Assembly: GCA_963674755.2 (NCBI GenBank)
Contig: CAXXVS010000003.1
Span: forward strand, 32,001-96,000
Length of the DNA stretch: 64,000 nt
Direction: 5' to 3'
DNA from: Desulfobacterales bacterium
Lineage (GTDB): Bacteria; Desulfobacterota; Desulfobacteria; Desulfobacterales; UBA5852
The notes beneath the pieces are model-generated. The model was given only the letters and a program-made list of their open reading frames with translations. It was not told the origin of the DNA and did no database searches. The position numbers and the translations under genes were made by a program. Of the stretch, positions 18,847 to 28,728 are shown one piece after another. Each line of letters opens with the position of its first letter. The stretch's first letter is position 1.

Positions 18847-19677
18847 ATGAACCTGCAAGACCTGACACCCCTGGCGGAAGGACGCGTCTCCCACGTTTTT
18901 GTTACCCGGGACAACAAGGTGCTCAAGCTGCTGCACGCGACCGTTCCGGACTGGAAGGTGGAAGACGAGTTCCGGCGTTGCCGGATTGTCGCCGAGGCCG
19001 GCGTCCCGTCCCCTCGCGCGCTGGAACTGGTGGAAATCGACGGGCGGCGGGGCATCCTCTTCGAATGGGCCGGCAAACGCGACCTGATGAAGGCCAAGCT
19101 GGGGAATCCATTGAACCTGAGGTCCGGCGCCCATTTCATGTCGGATATCCATCGGGATTTTTTAAACCGCGAGGCCCCGGATCTGCCGGATATCAAAGAA
19201 GAGGCCTGGCGCATGGGCCAGACGCTTCCCGAAGGCACCCTCCGGCCGGAACAGTTGGCCGTCCTGCGACGCTATCTGGACCAATTGCCGGATGGCTGCA
19301 ATATCTGCCATATGGATTTCCATCCCGCCAATATCATGCTCAATGATGCGGGCTACCAGGTCATCGACTGGTCCGAAGCCGTCAAAGGAGCGCCGGAGGC
19401 CGATGTTGCCATGACCTCCTTGATGCTTTCCATGGCGGAAACCGCACCGGGCACCAGCCTGCTGCTCAAGGTGATCATCCCCGTCTTTCGAAAGGCCTTC
19501 GAAAAAAGCTACCGCCGGCACCTGACCGCTCAAATGGACATGACCGAGGAAGACCTTCGGAAATGGGCTCTGGTGACGGGTATTTTTCGCATGGCCATGT
19601 GGCAGCTCGAAGGGGAGCGACCGTTTTTAACCGCCATGATTCAGGACCATCTAAACCAATTTGAAAATCACGACTGA
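18847..19677 (+). CDS. Aminoglycoside phosphotransferase/choline kinase-fold small-molecule kinase
   Basis: VLKL, Brenner motif CHMDFHPANI, IDW, G.PEADVA. Confidence 0.85.
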   Translation: MNLQDLTPLAEGRVSHVFVTRDNKVLKLLHATVPDWKVEDEFRRCRIVAEAGVPSPRALELVEIDGRRGILFEWAGKRDLMKAKLGNPLNLRSGAHFMSDIHRDFLNREAPDLPDIKEEAWRMGQTLPEGTLRPEQLAVLRRYLDQLPDGCNICHMDFHPANIMLNDAGYQVIDWSEAVKGAPEADVAMTSLMLSMAETAPGTSLLLKVIIPVFRKAFEKSYRRHLTAQMDMTEEDLRKWALVTGIFRMAMWQLEGERPFLTAMIQDHLNQFENHD

Positions 19678-19686
19678 ACGCACCTC

Positions 19687-20535
19687 ATGCTGGTCACCTT
19701 GTCCGACATCCTGGCACCGGCGCAAGCACGCCATTACGCCGTCATCGCCCCCGATTTTCTGACTACCGGCATGCTTGGCCATTATCTTGCCGCAGCCGAA
19801 AAATATCGGTGCCCCCTTATTGCCAGCTACCCGCCCCTGCCCATGGACCGGTTCCGACCCTTCGACCGATGGGTGGGCAAAGTGTGCGCCCTGTGCGATG
19901 CCGCACCGGTTCCGGTATGTCTGCACCTGGATCACGGCCGGGATGTGCCGACCTGCCTCAAGGCCATCCGGGCCGGTTTTACCAGTGTGATGATCGATGC
20001 CAGCGCCCATGATTTTCCTTTGAACCTGAATATGACCCGCCAGGTGGTGAAAGCGGCCCGCAAGGCCGGTGTCAGCGTGGAGGCCGAAATCGGCCATGTG
20101 GGGGGCCATGACGACACGCGGGACGGCAGAGCACGAGCCGATGACCTGACCGATCCGGACCAGGCGGCGGCCTTTGCCGCCCAATCGGGCGTGGATGCCC
20201 TGGCCGTTGCCATCGGTACCCTGCACGGGACCTATCGGGGAACGCCCCGCATCGACTTTGAACGCCTGTCCGCCATCCGGAAAGGCGTGGATGTTCCCCT
20301 GGTGCTCCATGGCGGATCGGGAACCGGAGCAGAGAATATCCGCCGTTGCATAGCCGGGGGCATTTGCAAGCTCAACGTGTTCACCGATCTCATCAAACCC
20401 TATTGGAAAGCCTCCGCATTAGGCTTCAATCCATTGTCAAAGGGCGGACCCGGCGATCATCGCCGCCGGATCGTGGACGACATTCTCAGCCTGTATTTTG
20501 AACTTTCGGGCAGTCTTGGCGTTGCGGCAGCCTGA
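19687..20535 (+). CDS. Class II ketose-bisphosphate aldolase (FbaA/GatY family)
   Basis: LHLDHG, GFTSVMIDAS, VEAEIGHVGG, IGTLHG, LVLHGGSG, KLNV. Confidence 0.93.
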   Translation: MLVTLSDILAPAQARHYAVIAPDFLTTGMLGHYLAAAEKYRCPLIASYPPLPMDRFRPFDRWVGKVCALCDAAPVPVCLHLDHGRDVPTCLKAIRAGFTSVMIDASAHDFPLNLNMTRQVVKAARKAGVSVEAEIGHVGGHDDTRDGRARADDLTDPDQAAAFAAQSGVDALAVAIGTLHGTYRGTPRIDFERLSAIRKGVDVPLVLHGGSGTGAENIRRCIAGGICKLNVFTDLIKPYWKASALGFNPLSKGGPGDHRRRIVDDILSLYFELSGSLGVAAA

Positions 20536-20566
20536 TGCCACGCCAAAAATCAAAAAGGAAATAACC

Positions 20567-21217
20567 ATGCTATTGGAAAAAGAGCGCACCCAGGTCGTTC
20601 AATACTGCCACAAGCTGGATGCCGGCGGACTGACCACCGGTACCGGCGGGAATATCAGCATCTTCAACGCCGAGGCCGGCCTGATGGCTATCAGCCCCAG
20701 CTCCATGGACTATGCGGTGATGGAACCCGAGGATGTGGTGGTCCAGGACCTCGATGCGCACATTGTGGACGGCATCCGGCGGCCCTCATCGGAATTCGGC
20801 ATGCACCTGATCTGCTACCAGAACCGGCCGGACATCGGCGCGGTGGTGCACACCCACTCCCCCAAGGCCACCACCCTGGCGGTGCTGGGCTGGGACCTTC
20901 CGGCCATTCATTACATGATCGCCGTCAGCGGTGGTGCCACCATTCCCTGCACGCCCTACTGCCTGTTCGGCACACCGGAACTGGCGGAAACCGCAATTAA
21001 GTATCTCGAAGGCCGCTACGCCTGCCTCCTGGGCAACCACGGCGCCCTGGCGACCGGTCCCAACATCGGCCACGCCTTCGCCCTGGCCGAACACATGGAA
21101 TTTTGCGCCGACCTCTACCTGCGGGCCAAAACGCTCGCTGAACCGAATGTCCTGAGCAATGAACAGATTGCCGACGTGATCGGAAAATTCATTGATTACA
21201 AGACCCAGGAAAAATAA
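20567..21217 (+). CDS. Class II aldolase/adducin family (L-fuculose-1-phosphate aldolase-like)
   Basis: GTGGNIS, PSSEFGMH, VVHTHS, LLGNHG; AAGGA RBS before ATG 20567. Confidence 0.92.
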   Translation: MLLEKERTQVVQYCHKLDAGGLTTGTGGNISIFNAEAGLMAISPSSMDYAVMEPEDVVVQDLDAHIVDGIRRPSSEFGMHLICYQNRPDIGAVVHTHSPKATTLAVLGWDLPAIHYMIAVSGGATIPCTPYCLFGTPELAETAIKYLEGRYACLLGNHGALATGPNIGHAFALAEHMEFCADLYLRAKTLAEPNVLSNEQIADVIGKFIDYKTQEK

Positions 21218-21248
21218 TGCCTTCCCCCTTATTCCGGGAAACCCGCCC

Positions 21249-22835
21249 ATGCCATTGAACAGGGACGCCATTTTCAAGAAGATCAAGACCGACACCTGGG
21301 ACCTGATCGTTATCGGCGGCGGCATTACCGGCGCCGGTATCCTGCGGGAAGCGGTCCGCCGCAAGGTCAAGACCCTGCTGGTGGAACAGCGCGATTTCGC
21401 CTGGGGCACCTCCAGCCGCTCCGGCCAGTTGGTGCATGGCGGCCTGCGCTATTTAAAGCAGGGGGATGTGAAGCTGACCTATCAGTCGGTGCGGGAACGC
21501 GAAATGCTGCTCAAAGAGCTTCCCGGGCTGGTAAACCCCTTCGGCATGATGATGGCCGTCTACAAAGGCAACCGGGGTCAGCGCCTGATCGCGCAGGCCG
21601 GTTTGCTGGTGTACGACATAATGAGCCGCCATTTCAGAAAGCACACCTATTCCGCCAAGCAAATGGCCGCGCGTTTTCCGGGCATCCGCCGACAAGGCCT
21701 GGAAGGGGGGCTTTTATTCTACGAATCCGTCACCGACGATGTCCGGCTCGTGCTGCGGGTGTTGCAGCAGGCGCAGGAAGAGGGCGGCCTGGCGGTGAAC
21801 TATTGCAAGGCGACCGGATTGCGGCAGGCAAACCATCGGGTGCGCGGCGTGACCCTGGAAGACGGGGTCACGGGGGAGAAGATCGATGTGCCCGCCAAAC
21901 AGGTGATCAATGCCACCGGGGCCTGGGTCGACACCCTGCGCGGGGAGGTGCGCAAAAAAAGTACTCGACACCTGCGGCCGCTGCGGGGGAGCCACCTGGT
22001 GTTTTCCGCCGAGCGGCTGCCCGTAAGCCAGAGCATCGTCATCACCCATCCCACCAGCGGCCGGCCCGGATTCATCTTCCCCTGGGAAGGCCGGGTCATT
22101 ACCGGCAATACGGATATCGATCATACCGGCCGCCTGGACGTGGAAGCCTCCGCCACGGCCGACGAGGTGGAATATCTTCTGGAAAACGTCCGGCACCACT
22201 TTCCGGATCGAAAGATTACCCGCCGGGATATCATAGCGTCCTTCTCCGGGGTCCGCCCGGTGGTGGGTTCGGGCAAGAAGGATCCCTCCAGGGAATCCCG
22301 GGACCATGTGGTCTGGCATGAAGACGGGCTGCTGTCCGTAACCGGCGGCAAATTGACCACCTTCCGGCTGATCGCCCTGGATGCCCTCAGAGCCGCCCAG
22401 CCCATGCTGGGGGCATTACCGGACCTCGATAAAAAACAGCGGATCTTTTCTCCGTTGGAACCTTGGCCCCCTGATGCCGGAAAGCTCGATGCGAAGACCC
22501 GGGGCCGGCTCCAAGGCCGCTACGGGAATCGGGCCGAATTGCTGATGGCTGCCGCCGAACCGGGCGAACTGGAAACCATTCCCGGGACGCGGACCCTGTG
22601 GGCGGAGCTGCGCTGGGCGGCGCAGCAAGAAGCCGTGGTGCACCTGGAAGACCTCATGCTGCGGCGAACCCGCATCGCTCTGCTGCTGGAAAACGGCGGC
22701 CGGGCAGTGCTGCCCCGCATAAGAACCATCTGCCAGCCGCTGCTCGGCTGGAGCGATGACCGCTGGCGCCGGGAGGAACAGTCTTACATGGAAACGTGGC
22801 AGCGGTTTTATGGGGTGCCGAATCGTCCTGGATAA
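21249..22835 (+). CDS. FAD-dependent glycerol-3-phosphate dehydrogenase/oxidase family protein
   Basis: VIGGGITGAG, GTSSRSGQLVHGGLRYL, INATGAWVD, RGSHL, GGKLTTFR, DLMLRRTR. Confidence 0.93.
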   Translation: MPLNRDAIFKKIKTDTWDLIVIGGGITGAGILREAVRRKVKTLLVEQRDFAWGTSSRSGQLVHGGLRYLKQGDVKLTYQSVREREMLLKELPGLVNPFGMMMAVYKGNRGQRLIAQAGLLVYDIMSRHFRKHTYSAKQMAARFPGIRRQGLEGGLLFYESVTDDVRLVLRVLQQAQEEGGLAVNYCKATGLRQANHRVRGVTLEDGVTGEKIDVPAKQVINATGAWVDTLRGEVRKKSTRHLRPLRGSHLVFSAERLPVSQSIVITHPTSGRPGFIFPWEGRVITGNTDIDHTGRLDVEASATADEVEYLLENVRHHFPDRKITRRDIIASFSGVRPVVGSGKKDPSRESRDHVVWHEDGLLSVTGGKLTTFRLIALDALRAAQPMLGALPDLDKKQRIFSPLEPWPPDAGKLDAKTRGRLQGRYGNRAELLMAAAEPGELETIPGTRTLWAELRWAAQQEAVVHLEDLMLRRTRIALLLENGGRAVLPRIRTICQPLLGWSDDRWRREEQSYMETWQRFYGVPNRPG

Positions 22836-22930
22836 GGTTGATGAGCGTCGGATAGCCTGTCATATTAAGGGACCTTGGCCCGGGGGAAATCGGCCTGTCG
22901 GGCACCTTCGTTGTCATCAGGGATAAGACC

Positions 22931-23371
22931 ATGTTGAAAAAGATCGATCATGTCAATGTCGTCGTAAGCGATCTGGCGCGTGCCAGGGATTTCTTCTGCA
23001 AACTGGGGTTTATCGTGATCCATACCGGCGATCTGGAGGGCGAATGGATTTCGGCCGTCGTCGGCCTGGCCGACGTGCGGGCCTCCTATGTCCAGCTGGC
23101 CCTGGGCCAAACCGATTGCCGGCTGGAACTCCTCGCCTTCGAGAGCCCGCCCTCACCCCCCGCCCCCCTTGAAAACCGACCCCATCACCTCGGCATCCGG
23201 CATCTGGCCTTCGCGGTGGACGACATCGAAGCGCTGGTGGCCGACTTAAAGGACGACGGCATCGCCCTTTTCAGCGAGGTGGGAACTTACCCGGCCACCG
23301 GCAAGAAGCTAGTCTATTTCTATGGACCGGAAGGAATCATTCTGGAGTTTGCCCAGTACCAAGCGGAGTGA
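22931..23371 (+). CDS. VOC/glyoxalase family protein
   Basis: IDHVNVVVSDL, LELLAF, GIRHLAFAVDDI, GPEGIILEF. Confidence 0.92.
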   Translation: MLKKIDHVNVVVSDLARARDFFCKLGFIVIHTGDLEGEWISAVVGLADVRASYVQLALGQTDCRLELLAFESPPSPPAPLENRPHHLGIRHLAFAVDDIEALVADLKDDGIALFSEVGTYPATGKKLVYFYGPEGIILEFAQYQAE

Positions 23372-23577
23372 ACCTGCACTTGTCCGCCTGACGCCGCTAA
23401 AGTGCAGCGGTTGCCGCCTGGCCCCATTTCTTCGTTGTCCGCCCGGCTTCCCCAGGGGTGTGCAATGGGGCTAAACAACCCACGGGACATGACAACCAGG
23501 GCATCCGGACCCCCTTTCGTCATTTGGCCGGGGCTGGTGCTGGGAGAAACCATCAGGCGCCGAAATCAATAGGCCGC

Positions 23578-24381
23578 TTAGACCGCAGCCCTGCAAATCG
23601 ACGAGAAGTATGTCAGATAGCGGGCCAGAGCCACGGTAGGGAACCGATCCAGTTCGGGAGGAATGGCGGCGGTGACACGGCTGGCGATGCTGAACCCCTC
23701 CTGCCGGTAATACTGATGGTAAACCTTTATCTTGGCAATGTAGCGGTGGGTCGCTTTGAAAGGCGGGATGCCGTGATGACGGCGCACATGGCGGCTGCCG
23801 GCGTTGTAGGCGGCCAGCGCCAGTTCGAGGTTCCCGTGGAAACGCAGGAGCAGCCGTTTCAGATAGCGGGTGCCCCCCTGAATATTGGCCTGGGGATCCA
23901 GGGGATCCGCGACTTTCAGCGCTCGGGCGGTTGGCGGCATCAACTGCATGAGCCCCTGCGCGCCGGCATAGCTGATGGCCTGGGGATTGAATCCGGACTC
24001 GGCCATGATCACGGCCTTGATGACGGCCGGATCGATGCCGTAGTCGTGTGCGGCTTTCAGGATGATGGCGTCGTAAACATAGTCCCCTGTTTTGCCCCGA
24101 AAGGGCGCCATGTCGGACGACCGGGCCGGAGGTGTCTGCCAAAGGGTTCCTGAGCGGTCGCGGACGTTTGACAGAGACGCATCCGGTCCTGTTCCGGGAT
24201 CAGCGCCGGTGGCGCCTTGAACAGCGGCTTTGGGGGATAGACCGGGGGAGGGTATCTGCTTAATAACGGTTGACTGTGAGGTGCTCGAAATCACCATCGT
24301 CACGTAGGCAAATGCGGCGAGTGCCAACAGAGCGACGGTCAGGGCCTGGCGTCCGATGGACTGTAGTGTTGTACGGGTCAT
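23578..24381 (-). CDS. Membrane-anchored lytic transglycosylase (SLT domain)
   Basis: N-terminal TM, low-complexity linker, AESGFNPQA (catalytic Glu), GAQGLMQLMP, ALAAYNAG; AGGAGG RBS. Confidence 0.92.
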   Translation of the reverse strand: MTRTTLQSIGRQALTVALLALAAFAYVTMVISSTSQSTVIKQIPSPGLSPKAAVQGATGADPGTGPDASLSNVRDRSGTLWQTPPARSSDMAPFRGKTGDYVYDAIILKAAHDYGIDPAVIKAVIMAESGFNPQAISYAGAQGLMQLMPPTARALKVADPLDPQANIQGGTRYLKRLLLRFHGNLELALAAYNAGSRHVRRHHGIPPFKATHRYIAKIKVYHQYYRQEGFSIASRVTAAIPPELDRFPTVALARYLTYFSSICRAAV

Positions 24382-24415
24382 GGCGAGCCTCCTGAAACAT
24401 GTTTACCGACAGCGT

Positions 24416-24431
24416 ATCAAGAGGTATGCCA
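24416..24431 (-). promoter_or_regulatory. sigma54 (-24/-12) promoter of the SLT gene
   Basis: Minus strand TGGCATACCTCTTGAT versus consensus TGGCAC-N5-TTGCW. Confidence 0.7.
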
Positions 24432-24495
24432 GTATTTTAACACATTGAATATTATACAAATTATCTATACAGCGCGTGTTTTAGAAGTGGGCCGG

Positions 24496-24543
24496 CGATC
24501 AATCTGATAGGCTTTTCGTCACATGATCGATCAATTTGATAGG
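24496..24543. promoter_or_regulatory. Tandem enhancer (UAS) sites for a sigma54 activator
   Basis: CGATCAATCTGATAGG (24496-24511) and CGATCAATTTGATAGG (24528-24543): 15/16 identical, 32 bp apart, each with ATCA-N3-TGAT dyad; IHF-like AT tract between them and the promoter. Confidence 0.7.
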
Positions 24544-24546
24544 ATT

Positions 24547-25911
<1,365 letters not shown>

Positions 25912-26120
25912 GGAGGCCAATGTAATGGAAAGCCGCCTGAAAGACAATGCATTTCTATCATTTTGATAGCTCCACCTCCCTGATATAGCGCCGGTCAAAA
26001 CGGAATGATTTGCGCTGAACAGTGCGCTAAATCAGTTGAATTCCCTGTGTTATCGTGCCATGCATAGAAAGTCGACAAGGGCCAAAGGCTCCACTCGTTT
26101 GGCATGACGCGAAAGGAAGT

Positions 26121-26702
26121 ATGCATTTTCACATGCTAAAAAAAACGCTCCGCGTTCTCATGGTCATATTCTGCATGCTGGGCTGTGGAACCGCACTGGC
26201 CGACATCTATAAATGCATTGACGCCGGCGGCACCCTTACTTACTCCGATGAGGGATGTCCGGAAAATACCCGGCAGTTGGAGCGGGTAGCTGAAACACCC
26301 CCGGCCGACGGCAAGAACCTGCGGCCGAAAGTCCCGCTTAAAGATCGGTTGAGCCGTTTGCGCCACGCCGGGGATTATGTCCGATCTATATCCCTCGATG
26401 CCGTGCTGGGAATCTACGGCCTGATGAGCGTGGTTTGCTTTATCGCCTATTACCGGGACAAGCGCAAAGCGCTCCGCCGCCAATGGCGCATACCGGAAGC
26501 GACGCTTCACCTGATCGAACTGCTGGGGGGCTGGCCCGGCGGCCTGCTGGCCCAATGGGTCCTGCGGCACAAAATCAAAAAAGTATCTTACCAGCTGATC
26601 TTTTGGTCGATCGTCCTGCTGCATAGCCTGGTCTGGGCCGATGTTCTCCTCGGCCACCGGATGTCGCGGGCGGTTTGGGAACCTATCCACCGGATGTTTT
26701 GA
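26121..26702 (+). CDS. DUF4124-like N-terminal domain fused to DUF1294 membrane domain
   Basis: Signal peptide, ADIYKCIDAGGTLTYSDEGCP, then YYRDKRKA...WRIPEATLH...GGWPG...LRHK. Confidence 0.8.
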   Translation: MHFHMLKKTLRVLMVIFCMLGCGTALADIYKCIDAGGTLTYSDEGCPENTRQLERVAETPPADGKNLRPKVPLKDRLSRLRHAGDYVRSISLDAVLGIYGLMSVVCFIAYYRDKRKALRRQWRIPEATLHLIELLGGWPGGLLAQWVLRHKIKKVSYQLIFWSIVLLHSLVWADVLLGHRMSRAVWEPIHRMF

Positions 26703-26844
26703 GCATCAAACCAGGCGGCCTTGGCAGCCCAGCCGCGCGCCGTGGCGACTCCGATCGCGTTGGTTGTGGAAATTCTGCCGGGCGGTCAGCGCTCATTCGG
26801 ATTGGGGGAAAATGGCTTTTGACCCTGAAAAAGGAAGTGCTTCC

Positions 26845-27330
26845 ATGCATGGCACCTTTCTACATCGGCAACAGATGAAAAGGGCCGTTTTAACAGGTCT
26901 CGCCATTGGTCTGATGCTCTGGTGGAGTCCCGGCCTGCGGGCTGAGAAACTGATCTTTTTTGTGGACGCCGTCCGTGAAAACCACATCGACGACGTCAAA
27001 GACCTTCTCAGCAGTGGCGCGGACGTGAATGCCAAAGACATGTTCGGCGGCAACACCGGCCTGCACTGGGCCGCCCGTCTGGGGCTGGCCGAGATGGCCC
27101 GGCTGTTGATCGAAAACGGGGCCAACCCCAACCTCTGCAATGACGACAACGAGACCCCCCTCCATTGGGCGGCCCGGGAAGGACAAAAAGAGCTTCTTGT
27201 GATCCTGATCGCCCACGGGGCCAAGGTCAACACCGTGGACAAGATCGGCTGGACGCCCTTGCGCTGGGCGGAAGCCCAGAGACACGACAACATCGCCCGC
27301 ATCCTGGTGGCCGCCGGCGCCAAGCGTTAG
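26845..27330 (+). CDS. Exported ankyrin-repeat protein
   Basis: Signal-like segment, then GADVNAKD, TGLHWAA, ETPLHWAA, GWTPLRWA repeats. Confidence 0.88.
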   Translation: MHGTFLHRQQMKRAVLTGLAIGLMLWWSPGLRAEKLIFFVDAVRENHIDDVKDLLSSGADVNAKDMFGGNTGLHWAARLGLAEMARLLIENGANPNLCNDDNETPLHWAAREGQKELLVILIAHGAKVNTVDKIGWTPLRWAEAQRHDNIARILVAAGAKR

Positions 27331-27374
27331 CCCCCGAGGAGACCCGGTACACCCCATGGCCGCCTTGTCCGCCA

Positions 27375-27857
27375 TCAGGTAAACCGCTTGTCCGCGCGGG
27401 TTTGCTTAACCGCCGCACCTGACTTGGCAAGCCATCCCAGCTTTTCCGGTTGCCGATGGTCGAAGCTCGGGACATAGGGCTTGATGTCCAGCAGCGGCGT
27501 GCCGCTCACAATATCGAGATCTTCAACTTCAAGGGTGGTGCCCCGGATTTCCAGCAGCCGGACGATCGAAATGCCGATGGGGTTGGGATGGTTGGGGGAC
27601 CGGGTGGCAAAAACTCCCCTGGGGGTGGTGTCCAGGAAGGGGGTCACCACGAGCTGCGAATCGCGGGTCAAGTGAAAGTGGTAAATTAAAAAGAGATGCG
27701 AGAAGCCGTCCAGGTCCTGAAGCCCCGGCTTATATTCCTCGAATACCCGAATATGGCCGCGAACCCCCGCTCCTCCGGACGCCTGGATCGGCATCCCCTC
27801 CCGGTCCTTAAAGGGGGTTTCGATAATCCCGATGGACTTATAATAAATGGATTCCAT
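27375..27857 (-). CDS. trmO: tRNA (N6-threonylcarbamoyladenosine(37)-N6)-methyltransferase TrmO/TsaA-like
   Basis: IGIIETPF, GLQDLDGFSHL, RGVFATRSPNHPNPIGIS, GTPLLDIKPY. Confidence 0.88.
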   Translation of the reverse strand: MESIYYKSIGIIETPFKDREGMPIQASGGAGVRGHIRVFEEYKPGLQDLDGFSHLFLIYHFHLTRDSQLVVTPFLDTTPRGVFATRSPNHPNPIGISIVRLLEIRGTTLEVEDLDIVSGTPLLDIKPYVPSFDHRQPEKLGWLAKSGAAVKQTRADKRFT

Positions 27858-28088
27858 AAATAGTCTCTTCCGTGAGGAGGTTAGCAGACACCGCCCCCAA
27901 AAAACGTGGCGCGGACGAACGACGGCGCAGGGAAATTTCCGATTTTACTCACTACGGCAATGCCCCCTGCGGAAAATATTCTATGCGACCGACCCATTGG
28001 TTGCAATGGGCTTTGTCGACGCCTTGACTTCGGGCAGGCGATGGGGGAGCGCTTGTTGATGCTGGTATCGGATAGTGGGGGAGCGGGA

Positions 28089-28379
28089 TCAGTCTTTTTC
28101 CGAAAGGCCTTCCCGTATCATTTTCGCAGCGATGCCGTCACTGTCGATCTGATAGCGCCCCTCAGCAAGGCGGGTTTTGATCTCCGCGACCTTATCTTCA
28201 CGGATATCGGGCAGGGCCGCCAATGCCTGCTGAGCTTTGATCAGCTCCCGGGCTTGTGGTGACAGCGAAACCTTATCGCCCGGCTGACCCGCGGAGTTTC
28301 TTTTCGCAGAGGCTTCGGCGACGGAATTCTTGGAGATCTTTACAATGGTACTTGCCGCTTGATGTTCGCCAATTTTCAT
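28089..28379 (-). CDS. flgM: Anti-sigma28 factor FlgM
   Basis: MKI..., DKVSLSPQAREL, PDIREDKVAEIK, GRYQIDSDGIAAKMI. Confidence 0.9.
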   Translation of the reverse strand: MKIGEHQAASTIVKISKNSVAEASAKRNSAGQPGDKVSLSPQARELIKAQQALAALPDIREDKVAEIKTRLAEGRYQIDSDGIAAKMIREGLSEKD

Positions 28380-28494
28380 ATATTGAGTTCCCTTATGACG
28401 CTATTATACGTTTTTAAAACCTGATTGCAAGCCTCTGGTGCCGACGCTCCGGTCAGCCAGCGAGGCCTTCGGGTTGTCGGTTGTGAAAAAGGCC

Positions 28495-28522
28495 TTGACG
28501 GCCCAAAATCGCGTCTTATTGT
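28495..28522 (+). promoter_or_regulatory. sigma70-like promoter of the candidate sRNA
   Basis: TTGACG-N16-TATTGT, placing the start near 28529 at the foot of the first hairpin. Confidence 0.55.
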
Positions 28523-28528
28523 GAAAAA

Positions 28529-28665
28529 AGGAAACAGCACGCTGTTTCCTGTCCTTTCTCCAACAAAATGAAAACCGGTACCCTGCCATCGTCACCGGTT
28601 TTCACAAGTCCTAATACCTCCTGCTCGACCAGCCGGGAAGTTGCCCGCTTCCCGGCTGTTTTTTT
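28529..28665 (+). ncRNA. Candidate small RNA (about 137 nt, three hairpins)
   Basis: Perfect stems 28529-28550, 28569-28604 and 28630-28658 plus T7; unpaired linkers contain TCCTTTCTCC and ACCTCCT. Confidence 0.6.
28630..28665 (+). terminator. Rho-independent terminator
   Basis: CAGCCGGGAAG-TTGCCCG-CTTCCCGGCTG followed by TTTTTTT. Confidence 0.85.
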
Positions 28666-28728
28666 GTTATTCCTCAGGTTGGTTTTCCAAAACCATTATC
28701 TGCGACCGTCAAAAGGAGGCCCCTAAAA

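Noticed and set aside
18856..18869. CAAGACCTGACACC, resembling REP/RAYT-associated repeats (related GGTCAGGTCTT near 16214)
   Set aside because: It lies in codons 4-8 of the kinase with no partner repeat or tyrosine transposase; may be chance.
18847..19677. Aminoglycoside resistance gene
   Set aside because: Only the fold motifs are shared; the operon context points to metabolism.
28568..28726. 52-codon ORF running through the sRNA candidate
   Set aside because: No RBS, it crosses a strong terminator, and the peptide has no recognisable features.
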